A stretch of 37,916 bases of DNA from an uncultured virus (IMG/VR IMGVR_UViG_2061766007_001353) (taxonomy: Duplodnaviria; Heunggongvirae; Uroviricota; Caudoviricetes): the IMG/VR virus record IMGVR_UViG_2061766007_001353. One strand, written 5' to 3'. Position 1 is the first letter of the stretch. Every line of letters starts with the position of its first letter. The notes under the pieces are model-generated. The model was not told the origin of the DNA. It saw nothing but the letters and a program-made list of their open reading frames with translations, and made no database searches. Of this stretch, positions 7,401 to 16,988 are shown in pieces. A program made the translations under genes and the position numbers.

Positions 7401-8462
7401 TTAACTAGCCCAGGTATAACCACTTCTTGTATCTAAAGTAGTTACCCAAGTTCCAGTTGTTGGTTGATCATCTAACAATGTGGTACCCCAAGCATTGTTA
7501 TTATACACTACCCAACCAATTTGTCCGTTTAATCTAACATAAGCATAAGAGTTATTCTCAATACCAGTAGTAGGTAAATCTGTAAACTCTATTGGTTCTG
7601 CTTTAGTAATTTCTACACTATATAAAGTAGTTCCTACAATACACCAGTAATCCTCTGTAGCTTCAGCCCAGAAAATATTGTTTGAATAATCTTCTGCTGA
7701 GTCTACCCAAGAACCATTACTATAAACTTTTACAGTTCCTGTAGTTTTATTTGCATTAGATAGGATAGCTAAATCCCCATCTTCTACATCTTGTGAAGGT
7801 AAAGTGGTATCACAAGATAAAACTACGATAGTATTTGGTGGATGTTCTGTAATTTCTTCCCAAGTAATGTTACCAAAAGCTGTATCCATTTGTGTCTTAG
7901 TCATAGAATCTGTAATACCATAACCAGATAAACTTGTAGCTTTTTCTGCTACAACGTTAAAGTTAATAGATACTTCTTTTTGTCCATTAATTAGTACCCC
8001 AGTACCTTGTGTGTATTTGTCTGATAACACTTCTACAGGTACGTAAACATGAGAACCTTGCGAGTTAGCTATTACTAAGTCTAAATAGTAATCTCCAACA
8101 GCCAACCCTTCTACTGGTTGATCTGCTGTTTCACATTGTTCCAATGAAGCAGAAGTTAAGAACATATCTGCTGGAATTGTAATAGTAGTACCTACAGGCT
8201 CACCGTCTTTTGTTAAACTATAAGTACTAGTACCACTTGATATAGAGTATTCTGAGTCAGCTTCTAGAGTAATGTCTACAGCTTTCCCTTCAATAACTAG
8301 AGAAGTATTATTAACTTTAATAACTTCTATAGTATTAACTTGTGCATTAGCTTGAACGTCACCCAAGTCTTCGTTACTATTGTTCTTAACTAAAGACGCT
8401 TGTGTTTTTGGCAGAATAACATTACCTGCCATGTCTTTAATTCGTACATTTTTACTAGTCAT
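7401..8462 (-). CDS. Virion fibre/decoration-like protein, paralogue B
   Basis: Aligns with paralogue A over about the first 200 aa (AQVNTIEVIKVN, LSGYGITDSMTKT.MD.AFGN.T); the C-terminus differs. Confidence 0.6.
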   Translation of the reverse strand: MTSKNVRIKDMAGNVILPKTQASLVKNNSNEDLGDVQANAQVNTIEVIKVNNTSLVIEGKAVDITLEADSEYSISSGTSTYSLTKDGEPVGTTITIPADMFLTSASLEQCETADQPVEGLAVGDYYLDLVIANSQGSHVYVPVEVLSDKYTQGTGVLINGQKEVSINFNVVAEKATSLSGYGITDSMTKTQMDTAFGNITWEEITEHPPNTIVVLSCDTTLPSQDVEDGDLAILSNANKTTGTVKVYSNGSWVDSAEDYSNNIFWAEATEDYWCIVGTTLYSVEITKAEPIEFTDLPTTGIENNSYAYVRLNGQIGWVVYNNNAWGTTLLDDQPTTGTWVTTLDTRSGYTWAS

Positions 8463-8499
8463 CTCTTTCCCATTTCCTCAATTTATCTTCTCTATTATC

Positions 8500-8528
8500 A
8501 TTATACAAAAGATACGCATGCGTGTCAA
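8500..8528 (-). promoter_or_regulatory. Consensus sigma70 promoter for the fibre paralogues
   Basis: Minus strand TTGACA-17 nt-TATAAT. Confidence 0.8.
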
Positions 8529-8926
8529 ATTTCATAAGTCTTATTGTCTTTTGTATAATAAACCTTTTTCATGCTTATGTTAAGGTCATCTGCGTTTAAT
8601 ACAAACTCTGCTGTATATAGTATCTCTTTTGTCTTTGCAAAGTGTATATACACTTTTATATCTTTCTCTTTAAAATCGTAGTTACTTAAACATAGTACTA
8701 ACCCATACTTATTCTTTATAGGTATTACATTGTATGAGAAATACTCTGCTATCGTACTAACTAGTTTAAAGCTATCAGAATACCAACGTAAAATATTTGG
8801 TTGGAAGAAAGCGTCCACCAAAAGTAAACGTAAATCTTCCACTATATCTCCAACAGATTCTCTGGTTACTTGTTCTTGCTTAAACCTTTTTATAATATCC
8901 TCTTCGTTAATACTATTCCTGGTCAT
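8525..8926 (-). CDS. Hypothetical protein
   Basis: 133-aa ORF overlapping the upstream gene end. Confidence 0.6.
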   Translation of the reverse strand: MTRNSINEEDIIKRFKQEQVTRESVGDIVEDLRLLLVDAFFQPNILRWYSDSFKLVSTIAEYFSYNVIPIKNKYGLVLCLSNYDFKEKDIKVYIHFAKTKEILYTAEFVLNADDLNISMKKVYYTKDNKTYEI

Positions 8927-10634
8927 TTTTATGTCTTTTCTTTCTTGGTTTTTTCTTTTGTTTAGTTCTTTCCCTTATTTCATTTGATAAAACATTTTTT
9001 ATACTTCTAAGTTTTTGTCTCTTACCTGTTATCTTATATAATTTTGTATCAAACTCATTGAATTTCTTGTAAGCTTCATAGGTTTTAGGAGAGTACTTTT
9101 CAGGAGAATATTTGTGTCTTCTTGGATCTTCGTCAAGTCTCGCTTTTGCAAGTTCCATAAATTTTGTATTATCTAGTATAATGTTATATACAAAGTTATC
9201 TGTGTATAACGCTCGTAGTCTAAAAGTTTCTTTATTTAATACTTTTTGTAGCTCTATAATTTTTTCTTCAGGTACATTTCTAACATTTACTTTTAAGTAT
9301 AAGTCGTCCTGTACTATACTACGTCTTAGTAAGTTAATAGATTGTGCTGCAATATATTGTTGTCTTAGAACTTCTATTATTTCGTCGTCTCTGTACTGTT
9401 CTGCAACTTTTTTATAGTCTATCTCTGCTAATGAGGAAGCTACAGCACCAATATCTTCACCCCATTGATATATTACATATTCCATATTTGTAATGTAATA
9501 ACCTTGTGTTTTCCTATATAAAGGTCTATCCATAACTGCTGTTATACGCTCTTTAAATGCTTTACTAACTTTAGTAGTGATTTCATGTCTGAAAGATTGT
9601 TCACTTTGATTAGGTCTTTTATATACCTTTAAAATACTTATTAACTTTTCTAGTAACTCGTCTGAATACTCTACAATATTTAATGGTTTTAGCATTTCAT
9701 AAACTTTACTAAATTCTATATCTTTTGAGTATTGGCACATTTCTGTACAAATTCTAAATAGTGGTGCATGTGAAGAACATAGATATACTCTAAGTTTTGG
9801 TTGAGAGTTGCAGTGCATGCATTTCTGTTTAGATCTTTGCTCAAACTCATTTAGTATTTTTTCATTACACTGTCTAAGCTCGTCATCATTTATAGTCAGA
9901 ACATTAAACCTGTTATTAAAAATATATTTTTCACCTAATATTTCTATAGCAGGTTTATCCAAAATACCCAAAGAAACTCTATTCTCTTGTTTAGGGTTAT
10001 CTGCAATAGTCAACGCATTTATACACATTCTAAGTAAGTACTTAACAGTATTTGCCATTTGTGCATTGTATTGAAATTGGAATAACTTAAACACTTGTTG
10101 TGTAGAATTTGCATATTCGTCACAGTTCTTTAAGTCTACACCGTCCCAGTATTCGGAGTTATTTTTAATTCTCTGCGTCTTTAATAAATATATATGAAAC
10201 ATAAGATTAAAGTCTAATATATTCATATATAAACCACTATACATTTGTTTACCACATAAGGATACTATATCACTAAAGAATGTAGTAATACTTGAATTTG
10301 CGAAATACGGAGCTCTACATAAGTCACATCTGTCATGTATAAGATATTCATATCGTATATCTGTGGAAACGTCACATTTGTCTTTATATAAATACTGTGG
10401 CATGCACTTTAATTCAATGTCTCCACTAACTAGATATTTTACTAGCTGTTCTGCAAACCCTAAATTATACACTTTCTTACCTTCTACGTAAACATATTCA
10501 CAAACACGTTTTAGAAAGTGTTTACGTAGTATATCATCACGTTCATCTGTAGAAGAGGGGTACTTAACTTCGTCTTCTTCTATAGGTAGTAAACTATTAT
10601 ATAAAAGCTCAAAATTATGGTTGGTCAAATTCAT
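8913..10634 (-). CDS. Large Cys-containing hypothetical protein
   Basis: Long ORF; start near MNLTNH (AGGAG adjacent) is more plausible than 10694. Has CxxC motifs (CDLC, CMHC) and a basic tail. Confidence 0.7.
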   Translation of the reverse strand: MNLTNHNFELLYNSLLPIEEDEVKYPSSTDERDDILRKHFLKRVCEYVYVEGKKVYNLGFAEQLVKYLVSGDIELKCMPQYLYKDKCDVSTDIRYEYLIHDRCDLCRAPYFANSSITTFFSDIVSLCGKQMYSGLYMNILDFNLMFHIYLLKTQRIKNNSEYWDGVDLKNCDEYANSTQQVFKLFQFQYNAQMANTVKYLLRMCINALTIADNPKQENRVSLGILDKPAIEILGEKYIFNNRFNVLTINDDELRQCNEKILNEFEQRSKQKCMHCNSQPKLRVYLCSSHAPLFRICTEMCQYSKDIEFSKVYEMLKPLNIVEYSDELLEKLISILKVYKRPNQSEQSFRHEITTKVSKAFKERITAVMDRPLYRKTQGYYITNMEYVIYQWGEDIGAVASSLAEIDYKKVAEQYRDDEIIEVLRQQYIAAQSINLLRRSIVQDDLYLKVNVRNVPEEKIIELQKVLNKETFRLRALYTDNFVYNIILDNTKFMELAKARLDEDPRRHKYSPEKYSPKTYEAYKKFNEFDTKLYKITGKRQKLRSIKNVLSNEIRERTKQKKKPRKKRHKNDQE

Positions 10635-11499
10635 CTCCTGATACTTCATTAACTGTAAAGATATAGTCCTCTTGAATATTCGGATTTTCTTCAAAGATAA
10701 TTTGTAGATAGTTTACTACTTCCGTAATACTACTAAAAGAGCGAAAATGTACTATTTCACCAGTTCTTATATCTTTTTTCTTTACACAAAAGAAAGAGTT
10801 CGGTTTAGCGTCTGCAAAACAAGCAGTTATTTCCTGTAGCATGTCGTCTTGTTCTTCGTTTAATTCCGTAGTGCCACTACTGACAGACTCTTCGTCTTCC
10901 TTTGCAAGTTCTTCTTCCACATTTAAAATATCTGTATTAAATACAGACAAGCTAAATATCATACTGTCTTCACAAAACTGTCTATAATTATCTGTTTCTG
11001 TAGGAATAGTGTCTAAATCTTCTTCTACAGAAAGTTTTGGTAAGTTGTTCTTCAGGTAGAAAGCTGTTTCATGTAAATAGCCTAAATCATCTGATTCCAA
11101 TATTTTGTTTAATAGTAAGTAACAAGCATATACAGAATGTTCTTTAACTCTGTTAATATAGTTACAGATTACACTTCTCACTAAATCCATTTTCATAGAT
11201 TCTATATCCATGTTGTCTGAATAAGAGTTACAAGCTTCTAAATTAAGAATATCTTCATAAACTTTACTAGCCCATACGTCATAAGGTACTATTTGTGACT
11301 GTATGTACATTAACATTCTATCTACTATTTTTGGATCTACTTTCTCTTTCAGTACTTCAGTAACATCACTTGTATAATGCTCGTCGAACATATGATAGAC
11401 TAAGAATACAGCAAAAGGTATGTCTGTATCCTGCTTGATAATACTCGATAATATTTTACAAATCTCTGCTCTAAAAGCTATCTTCTGTATATAGTTCAT
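10615..11499 (-). CDS. Hypothetical acidic protein
   Basis: 294-aa ORF with GGA RBS. Confidence 0.7.
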   Translation of the reverse strand: MNYIQKIAFRAEICKILSSIIKQDTDIPFAVFLVYHMFDEHYTSDVTEVLKEKVDPKIVDRMLMYIQSQIVPYDVWASKVYEDILNLEACNSYSDNMDIESMKMDLVRSVICNYINRVKEHSVYACYLLLNKILESDDLGYLHETAFYLKNNLPKLSVEEDLDTIPTETDNYRQFCEDSMIFSLSVFNTDILNVEEELAKEDEESVSSGTTELNEEQDDMLQEITACFADAKPNSFFCVKKKDIRTGEIVHFRSFSSITEVVNYLQIIFEENPNIQEDYIFTVNEVSGDEFDQP

Positions 11500-11500
11500 G

Positions 11501-11821
11501 TTACATTTCCATTTCTTTTAAAAACAAATTTCTTTTCTCTATAATCTCTTTTAGTGAATGCTCGTTATCTAGGAACTTTCTTAGTGCATTGTCTACATCT
11601 TGTGTTTTACTACTAGATACAGACTTACCTGTAGTCGTAAGTCTAAGACCTGATTCCTTATCAGAAATATCTAAATAATCAGGTGTACAAGGGTGTTCTG
11701 ATCGGTGTAGAATTACTTCTAGCTTTTGCCTTTTATTTACCATAAAAGTATAGTTCATACCGTCAACTTCTTTGTATCTTTGTGTATCTAACCAAACTTT
11801 AACTTTTTCTATCAATTTCAT
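11501..11821 (-). CDS. Hypothetical protein
   Basis: 106-aa ORF tightly packed in the operon. Confidence 0.6.
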   Translation of the reverse strand: MKLIEKVKVWLDTQRYKEVDGMNYTFMVNKRQKLEVILHRSEHPCTPDYLDISDKESGLRLTTTGKSVSSSKTQDVDNALRKFLDNEHSLKEIIEKRNLFLKEMEM

Positions 11822-11822
11822 A

Positions 11823-12443
11823 TTAGTTTATCCATTCTATTACTGGTTTACCTGTAAAGCCCTTTTCCCACACATACCAAGCGTAAGCTACTGCACTCGA
11901 GACCTGCTCCATTTTTTGTTTCTTTCCATTCCATACTTCAAATTCCCCATTCTTAGCACAAGGTATTCTACTAGATGATATGTAAACAGTTTTTGGTGGG
12001 TTTTCTAAAAACATTTGTTTTCTACCCTTACCCTCTAAGAAAGTTACTTTTAAGAACATGCAAACTTTTCTTCCAGGTCTTACTAACTCTAATGCTTTTA
12101 AGATAAATTCTGACGATAAGATATATGGAGGGTTAGTTACTATGTCGCCATCCCATTTTTCGGTACATTGTAAAAAGTCTACGGATTCTGTTTCACCGTA
12201 ACCCCTATAAACTAAATCTGTAGCACGTCCTAATTTACCTGCATTGTCAAATACTTTTGCTAAATGCCCTTGCCCTACAGAGCACTCCCAAATATTGTCT
12301 AGTTTTGGTTCTACCTCTAAGAGTAACTTAGCAGCTATGGGATCAGTAGCATAAAAATCTTCAGTTTGTCTTTCTTCCTCTACGTGGTTACTTGCTCCCA
12401 AACAAGTATAAATAGAGTGTTTATTTCCTGTCCAGTCTTTCAC
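11823..12443 (-). CDS. DNA amino (N6-adenine) methyltransferase, phage type
   Basis: DFYATDP, IWECSVGQGHL (SAM motif I) and DIVTNPPY (catalytic motif IV). Confidence 0.85.
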   Translation of the reverse strand: MKDWTGNKHSIYTCLGASNHVEEERQTEDFYATDPIAAKLLLEVEPKLDNIWECSVGQGHLAKVFDNAGKLGRATDLVYRGYGETESVDFLQCTEKWDGDIVTNPPYILSSEFILKALELVRPGRKVCMFLKVTFLEGKGRKQMFLENPPKTVYISSSRIPCAKNGEFEVWNGKKQKMEQVSSAVAYAWYVWEKGFTGKPVIEWIN

Positions 12444-13066
12444 TAATATAACCCCGCTTTCTGTGTTTCCTCAATTAACTTATCTAGGTTAGCTTGTCTG
12501 TATGTTTTAATATAACAATCTCTACAAGTTGTTAAATATTCTATTTTTACTCCGTTGTTTTCTTCTCCGTCTAGACTTACCAGCTCTGCGTCAAATTCTG
12601 CAGGTTTACCATTTTCTAAACGTAAAGACATTGTAGAAATATTTTCTACTTTACAAATATCGCAGTTCCCATTCACTTTTCTTACTTCATCTGCCATACA
12701 TAACGTTGTTGCCATAGTGGGAAATATATCACCTCTAAAGTCCATATCTAATCCGCAAACAATAACTGTTTTATCTATAGCTCTATTAATAACAGCTCTT
12801 AAAGCCCCTTGTTCATTAGGTAGAAACTGCACCTCATCTATAAAGATATATTCGTTATCGTCTATATATTGTACAGCTTCATAATACGATTTAATTGGTA
12901 TAGCTTCCTCAGCCAAACCACATCTAGACTTAATGGCATTCCCATTTTCTTGTGAAATACAAGAAGCTAGTAAGACACATTTATGTTCAATACTAAGACT
13001 TTTATATGTTTCTAATAAAGCCTTACTTTTACCCGATTTCACAGGTCCAACTATTGCTATTAACAT
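12443..13066 (-). CDS. tdk: Thymidine kinase
   Basis: GPVKSGKS P-loop, IFIDEVQF, GLDMDFRG..F, and Zn ligands CDIC/CRDC. Confidence 0.9.
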   Translation of the reverse strand: MLIAIVGPVKSGKSKALLETYKSLSIEHKCVLLASCISQENGNAIKSRCGLAEEAIPIKSYYEAVQYIDDNEYIFIDEVQFLPNEQGALRAVINRAIDKTVIVCGLDMDFRGDIFPTMATTLCMADEVRKVNGNCDICKVENISTMSLRLENGKPAEFDAELVSLDGEENNGVKIEYLTTCRDCYIKTYRQANLDKLIEETQKAGLY

Positions 13067-13102
13067 TTTATCCTCTACCCTTAAATTCGTGCTACTTCTT
13101 TT

Positions 13103-13131
13103 ATTTTATCGAAAGGACATGAGCATGTCAA
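13103..13131 (-). promoter_or_regulatory. Sigma70-type promoter for tdk operon
   Basis: Minus strand TTGACA-17 nt-TAAAAT. Confidence 0.7.
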
Positions 13132-13185
13132 ATTATAGTAAAATGCATCCGTCCTCCTAACTACTCTGTCTCTATTATACTTTAT

Positions 13186-14445
13186 CTACTTATCCATGTC
13201 AAGTAATCTACGTTTTAAGTAGGATATTCTAGCTTCTCTGTAGAGAACACCAAAGATTTCTCCAGTATGCTTTGCTAGATTCTTTTGTGTTTTTTCATCT
13301 AAAGATTTAACTGTTACATGACTAAGTATATCGTAAATTAAATTCAGTCTCTCTAAAGTACCTCGTATATCATTAATACTTTGCTCTTTATCTTTTCCAA
13401 AGAAATCACAAGCATGTGCAAACTTCAACACTCGTAAGTTGTCATAATTTTTAAACTTCGTAATTTTGTTTACAAAATCGTACTGATTCTTTATTTTCAT
13501 ATCTAAGAACCAATAACATTTCATATGGTTTAATGCGACCATTTTCGCCATTTCCCTGTATATGTTAGGTACTTTTAACCTGTCACAAAGTCCGTCAATA
13601 ATACCTTCACCTAATTCGTCATGCCCATAATAATGACCGTCGTTTGTTTCTATGAGTACTTTACCAAAATCATGGCACATTACGCTAAAGTTTACGTAAC
13701 TTATAATATCCCTATGAACGTCCGTAACAAAATCCCCTACTTTCTGTAAAGCCAGTAAAGTATGTGTATAAGTATCACCCTCTGGATGATATTCTGGGAG
13801 TTCTTTACAAAATTTTAATCTAGCAACTTCAGGGAATATGTGATGTAATGTACCACAATATTCTAAGTTTTGTAAAAACTTATGGAACCTAGGAGTATGT
13901 AGTGCTTTTTCTACCTCTTTCCAAACTCTTTCTGGTGTCAGTGTATCTAACATCCCTTCCCTTGCCATATATCCACACATTACCGCAGTATCTTCATGTA
14001 TTTTAAAGTCTAGTTGTGCTGCTAGTCTGCAAGCCCTTAAAACTCTTAAAGGGTCTTCTAGAAAGTGTTCACTTACATGACGTATTACCTTATTCTTTAT
14101 ATCACTTACACCATCAAAATAGTCTATAATTTCACCGTTCTCATCTATTGCAAGAGCGTTCATTGTAAAATCACGTCTAATCAAGTCTTCTTTTAAAGTT
14201 ATATTAGGGTTAAAGTCGAATTTAAAATCCCTATATCCGTCACCGACACTTACTTCTTTACGTGCTAGAGCATATTCATCTCTAGTTTCTGGATGTAGAA
14301 ATACGGGAAATTCACAACCTACTTGTTTATAGCCAAGTGATAACATTTCTTCAGGTGTAGAACCAACTACCACATAATCTGTGTCATGTGGTTCCTTACC
14401 TATTATTAAGTCTCTTACGCAACCGCCAACTTTATAAACTCTCAT
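13186..14445 (-). CDS. cca: Multifunctional CCA tRNA nucleotidyltransferase with HD domain
   Basis: VGGCVRD..D.DYVV, FPVFLHP..EYALAR.E, EDL.RRDFTMNA, EDPLRVLR, HPE.DTYTH..HDFGK. Confidence 0.92.
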   Translation of the reverse strand: MRVYKVGGCVRDLIIGKEPHDTDYVVVGSTPEEMLSLGYKQVGCEFPVFLHPETRDEYALARKEVSVGDGYRDFKFDFNPNITLKEDLIRRDFTMNALAIDENGEIIDYFDGVSDIKNKVIRHVSEHFLEDPLRVLRACRLAAQLDFKIHEDTAVMCGYMAREGMLDTLTPERVWKEVEKALHTPRFHKFLQNLEYCGTLHHIFPEVARLKFCKELPEYHPEGDTYTHTLLALQKVGDFVTDVHRDIISYVNFSVMCHDFGKVLIETNDGHYYGHDELGEGIIDGLCDRLKVPNIYREMAKMVALNHMKCYWFLDMKIKNQYDFVNKITKFKNYDNLRVLKFAHACDFFGKDKEQSINDIRGTLERLNLIYDILSHVTVKSLDEKTQKNLAKHTGEIFGVLYREARISYLKRRLLDMDK

Positions 14446-15068
14446 AGTAATGACCTCATGCCTTTGCTAAATTCTTGTTCATAATCATGTGACGGGTGAT
14501 GTATATATTTTGTATATGCTACACCTAAACACTGTAGTGCACTTTCTGCTTTTCTACCAAGAGCTACTACTTCAGCTTTCGGATTTAGCTTTAAAAACGC
14601 TTCTAATATATACTTTGTGGATTTTAACTGTTCTGTAGTAGGTGTAGAATACCAAGATTTCCCACTTTTTATATTAAAAGGGAAAGCGTTCCAGAACATA
14701 AATTTCTTACTGCTTTTACTAGTCTCTTTCCACACCTTATATGCAGACCTTTCACCTCTTAAATAATTTCTGTATAATGATGACCTAGACGTGTAATAAT
14801 AGTGAGATTTATAAATATACTCATCCATAGCTTTTTCTGAAGTTAGTGGTATTCCTGTATATCTTGCACCAGTACTAGGTGATTCTGCTACTAATATGTA
14901 ATCTGGACACATATTATCTATTAAATAATTACGCAAGTTATGACACCTAGTCAATGCACCATCTGCAAGGTCTGTATCGTCTATCATAGTGTATTGGTTA
15001 AATTCGTTACCTTTACAAGTATATGCTTTCAATAATTCTATTAATTTATTAACGTCTTTGTAGTACAT
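14442..15068 (-). CDS. Uracil-DNA glycosylase-like protein
   Basis: LVAESP..GARYTGIPLTSE, WNAFPF, ALGRKAE and HHPS motifs of the UDG-like superfamily. Confidence 0.75.
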   Translation of the reverse strand: MYYKDVNKLIELLKAYTCKGNEFNQYTMIDDTDLADGALTRCHNLRNYLIDNMCPDYILVAESPSTGARYTGIPLTSEKAMDEYIYKSHYYYTSRSSLYRNYLRGERSAYKVWKETSKSSKKFMFWNAFPFNIKSGKSWYSTPTTEQLKSTKYILEAFLKLNPKAEVVALGRKAESALQCLGVAYTKYIHHPSHDYEQEFSKGMRSLL

Positions 15069-15069
15069 A

Positions 15070-16197
15070 TTAGTTCCCCTTGTACTGCTCTAATATAAAC
15101 TCATCCCAGAATTTCTCGTTATATTTCCAATTAAGTGGACGTTCTTCCATAGCGTCCAATAACCTTGATAAACGAGATTTAAAAAAGTTATCTACAAGGT
15201 CTCTATCGACTCTCCCTAGCTTTACGTCTAGTAAAAAGTCTTTATGTTGTGATGGGAAGTATATATGACCTGTTTCTAGTAATTCTTGTATTTCTAGTAG
15301 AACACGTAAAGCATGTGATAGTGCTTTCCAGTCGTTTCCATCTACAGCATCTCTTGTTCTTTGCGATGTATATTCTTTATTTATTTTTTCTTCTAGTCTA
15401 CTACCTAGTACCATAATAGGTAAATTAAACTGGTGTTCAACCCCACAAACAAATAAGTACTTCTCAAGTATGCCCTTATTATCTAATTCGTCTATCTTTA
15501 AGTGTTTACCGTCAAATAAATGTTCAAATTCTTTTATGCAGTCTTTTATCTGTAAATTTCTATTCTCGTATATAGGCATACCGTAATCATTATATAATAT
15601 TCTATTTATTATAACTAATATATCTTCCATTGTTTTAAGTCTTGTACCTTTGATAGAATATTTTTCAGCCTGTTTGAAAGCATATGCGACAGGTGACTCT
15701 AACCTGTTTGTATTTATTAGTTTATCTCTATTACCTAATAATCCCCAGAATGGAACGTATGTTTCTGCTTGATGGTCGCTAATAAAATTAGTTTCTTGAT
15801 ACCACCATTGTTCTAAATTATCATCTGATGAATCCATACTAAATAACAAATCCAAAGCATTTGTATCTGCTTTACTACATAATTGTATAAATTTCTGTAA
15901 TGAAAATATTTTTACATCTACTTTTATAGACTCAACTCTATCTACTTCAGTCCATATATATTCACCATCATTTTTTATTTCTCTATCTGGTAAATGTCTT
16001 GTTATCCATAATTCTGTATTTATTTCATCTTTATCTTTCTTTAGAATAATATCATCTAATTCAGGAATATAAACACCACGAAAATCTAAATCAGAATTTT
16101 CTGTATTTAATCCATATAAATGACTTCCATATTGACTTAGATATATTAACTTTCCATTTATTAAAGGTTTTAGTTGTTTAGTTATTTCATCTATCAT
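15070..16197 (-). CDS. DNA polymerase beta-superfamily nucleotidyltransferase (phage RlaP/YcgL-like)
   Basis: YGSHLYGLNTENSDLDFRGVY (GS..D.D motif) and DWKALSHALRV. Confidence 0.85.
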   Translation of the reverse strand: MIDEITKQLKPLINGKLIYLSQYGSHLYGLNTENSDLDFRGVYIPELDDIILKKDKDEINTELWITRHLPDREIKNDGEYIWTEVDRVESIKVDVKIFSLQKFIQLCSKADTNALDLLFSMDSSDDNLEQWWYQETNFISDHQAETYVPFWGLLGNRDKLINTNRLESPVAYAFKQAEKYSIKGTRLKTMEDILVIINRILYNDYGMPIYENRNLQIKDCIKEFEHLFDGKHLKIDELDNKGILEKYLFVCGVEHQFNLPIMVLGSRLEEKINKEYTSQRTRDAVDGNDWKALSHALRVLLEIQELLETGHIYFPSQHKDFLLDVKLGRVDRDLVDNFFKSRLSRLLDAMEERPLNWKYNEKFWDEFILEQYKGN

Positions 16198-16206
16198 TTG
16201 TAACCT

Positions 16207-16728
16207 CTACAGTACTGTATTTATGATTATTTCTTCTATTTCACTTACTGTTTTCTTTCTTTTCAAGTTAAACTCTTGTAATATAGATAATAAAGAAGGG
16301 TAATTTTGAACATAGTGTATTAAACATTCCTCCATTAATTCTTCTATAGGCATACTATTAAGTTCTGGATGTGCTTTTTGCACTATTATACTTTTTTGTC
16401 TTAGTGCTTTTTCATCTACATGCATATCTAGAATATATATCTCTTCTTCCTCACCATATATTTCAACAGGAGGCTCTATGTCTGATCCTACTATTATAGC
16501 ACCTGTTACTAATACTAATTTCACTGTTTCTTCATCTAAAACAGATTTAGTCACACCAGTTAATACAACTACATTATCTAGTAGACATAATGCTTTTGAG
16601 ATTCCGTCCAAGATTAACTCATTACTACACATAGTAATCACTGGGATAGCCTTTTCATTTTTCAAGAACTCAGAATTAGATTTAATAGCACGTAACATTT
16701 CTTCTTTATTCATCTCTTTTTTATTCAT
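16207..16728 (-). CDS. Hypothetical protein
   Basis: 173 aa; GGGGGA RBS; ATGA overlap. Confidence 0.6.
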   Translation of the reverse strand: MNKKEMNKEEMLRAIKSNSEFLKNEKAIPVITMCSNELILDGISKALCLLDNVVVLTGVTKSVLDEETVKLVLVTGAIIVGSDIEPPVEIYGEEEEIYILDMHVDEKALRQKSIIVQKAHPELNSMPIEELMEECLIHYVQNYPSLLSILQEFNLKRKKTVSEIEEIIINTVL

Positions 16729-16988
16729 TTTGTCCCCCCTTTTACGTCAAGTAAACCTAACCTGTATAAGTCAAATCTTATACACGCTTCTTCTAAGCTA
16801 GTTAGATGTGATACTGGTTTCCCACTTTTGTATATCAAATAACCGTCATTTTTAAAAGGTTCTTTTGTATATACATTTGCTATTAATGTGTTTTTATCTT
16901 CATCAATAACAAAGTATTTATGTTCGTCTGTATCCCATGACGGTTTAGTACCCCCATCTATCATAAGAGGATTATGTTTTACTGTCAT
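16725..16988 (-). CDS. Hypothetical protein
   Basis: 87 aa; ATGA overlap with neighbours. Confidence 0.6.
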   Translation of the reverse strand: MTVKHNPLMIDGGTKPSWDTDEHKYFVIDEDKNTLIANVYTKEPFKNDGYLIYKSGKPVSHLTSLEEACIRFDLYRLGLLDVKGGTK

